Shown here piece after piece: positions 61,861 through 64,000 of a stretch of DNA of 64,000 nucleotides; position 1 is the stretch's first letter, and each line of letters starts with the position of its first letter. The stretch lies in contig NC_057749.1 of NCBI RefSeq assembly GCF_004010195.1, positions 25,765,044 to 25,829,043 of the forward strand, written 5' to 3'. The position numbers and the translations under genes were made by a program. The notes under the pieces are model-generated. The model ran no database searches. It saw only the letters and a program-made list of their open reading frames with translations, and had not been told where the DNA came from. The stretch is from Chiloscyllium plagiosum (Eukaryota).

Positions 61861-63292
61861 CTCCACAGATAGTTTAATCTGAACATCACTATGCCTCATG
61901 TTGAGAAGGTGGCACCTTCATGGCTGGTATAGGAACTGAACCCACGCTGTAGACATCACTTTACATTGCAAACCAGCCTCCCAGCCAAATGACATCTTGC
62001 ACACACACAAACATTTTATATCTCATTCCAGAATTATCAATGCACTTGGAAATGAAATGGCACAAAGTTGGGTTCAATTCACTCTTGGATAAATTCAATA
62101 GATAGATTACATATAAGGAGAGACATTTATAACAGTAAAAGAAATGACAGATATGTACATGTGACATAAATCTGTGACAAAAGCTGAAAACAAGTGAACA
62201 TATAGGTATTTTGACTTTGTCATTTTATTGCAATGTGTTCAGCCAAACATTTATTTTTTCTCAGATCAATTAGTCGCACGGTAGATGATTGTATTAAGAT
62301 CACAATAAAATATCAGTGATTAGGGCAGAGTCGTTCATCTTAAAATGTTTCTGCACAGAAATTGCGTTTCAAACTGTTGTTCTTGTCATGTCTTCCATCT
62401 TGACCCCTTCCTGTTTAGCTGTCAGGCTGAAAAATGCAAATAAGAGCTCCTCACTGTAATATGAAACTAGCACATGTATTGGAAAGATGAGGGGAAAATC
62501 AGGAGACAAGCTGAGACACGCAGCAAACGCAAGCCAAAGCTAGGTGAACTGTTGACAGCATGACTATGGGAGATCATCAAAGCTTGCAGGATTCGTGCAT
62601 GTTTTGACAGCAACTTTGAACCTCAAACATAATGAAACATTCCAAGGTGTTTGACTGCCACCATTTAAAAAGCAGGCTTTTCCACTGAACATTGAGGTCA
62701 GATGACCAAATATTTGGTTAAAATGGGAGATTTTGAGGAGCATTTTGAAGGTGGAGATATAGTGAGGCCACGAGATTTTGAGTGTGGAGTGCAGAGCGCA
62801 GGACCCAAGCCGTTGCATTCATGACCACCAGCAATTAAGATCAGAAATGCTCAAAAGGCCAGAATTAGAGGAGTATAGATAAATCAGTGTGTTGAGGGGC
62901 TGGACAAGATTTGGGTGGAGAGATCGAGACTAGGACAAGGTGGGGCTTAAAAACCAAGGTCAGAATCTTGAAATGAAGACATCTGTCCAGGAGTCAATTC
63001 GGCTCAGTGTGGGCAGGGGCAATAGATATGTAGTATTTGGTGCAAGTGCTAGCAACAGAGATTTTGACAAACTCAGGTTTACAGAGGGTATAATGTGGGA
63101 GGACGGACAGGAATATGCTGGAATAGTCAAGTTTAGTGGTATCAAAGGGATGAATGAGGGTTTTAAGCCATCCATCATGAGAATGGCTAAGTGAAGAGAT
63201 ATTTTGCGACATCATCTGTATCACCCTTTCTAGTGAGAATGTGTCACAAGGGTGAGCCTTTAACTTAACAGGACAGTGAATAGATAGATAGA

Positions 63293-63608
63293 ATAGATTC
63301 CCTACAGTATGGAAACAGACCCTTCAGCCCAAAAAGTCCACATTGACCCGCTAAAGAGCAACCCAACCAGACCTATTCACCTACATTTACCCCTGACTAA
63401 TGTACTTAACACTATGGGCAATCTAGCATCACCAATTCACCTACCCTGCACATCTTTGGATTGTGGGAGGAAACTGGAGCACTCAGAGGAAACTCATGCA
63501 GACACGGGGAGAATGTGCAAACTCCACACAGTCACCCAAAGTAGGAATTGAACCCAGGTCCCTGGTGCTGTGAGGCAGCAGTGCTAACCACTGAGCTACT
63601 GTGCCACC
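63293..63608 (-). mobile_element. HE1-type SINE
   Basis: Full head-core-tail. Confidence 0.88.
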
Positions 63609-64000
63609 CAAGGTGGGAGAAATGTCACTCGAATGGTGCTAAATCAGTTTGCAATGGATTTGTTAAATGTTCAACAGCTGTTTGGCCAATCATTTGGACA
63701 TCATGGCCTGTCCATATGACATATCCGGATTAATACATTAATTCAGCAGGTGTTTGAAATGAGAAATGGGTTGAGAGGTTGGTGCAATAGTGTTGTATCC
63801 TTACCTCCAACCTTCGCTCCCTTGAAAACATAAACCAATAGGCTGACATACAAACAAGGAACTATAGTAGGCCACTCAGCCGTTCAAGCCTGCTCTGCCA
63901 TTCAATAAGATCATGGCTGATGCAATTTTTACTTCAACTCTACATTTTGGTGTATCTCCGATAATCTTTCATCCCTTTGGTAATCAAGAATAGATCTATC

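Overview
Eukaryotic, repeat-dominated, gene-poor DNA. The repeat set (HE1-type V-SINEs, HER1/CR1 LINEs, Deu-domain SINEs, Penelope-like elements) points to an elasmobranch, probably a shark (inference). I see no intact host gene. Contents: a decayed class I endogenous retrovirus at 1-4.5 kb (env, IN, RNase H, protease remnants), many SINE/LINE fragments, numerous Penelope-like fragments carrying minimal hammerhead ribozyme motifs, and several solo LTRs. The most interesting structure involves three copies of one ~230-bp solo-LTR family (16.3-18.8 kb, 34.9-35.1 kb, 44.1-45.9 kb). Two are split at the same position, the TATA-like ATAA(A/C)CAGG(G/A)GA site. Each is filled, in the same orientation as the LTR, with a head-to-tail pile of 5'-truncated, A-tailed Tx1-clade LINE fragments separated by copies of that target. 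The third copy lacks the target motif and is empty. This suggests a sequence-specific Tx1 retrotransposon that targets the promoter of an LTR element. Coordinates were read by eye; old, diverged repeats have approximate boundaries.
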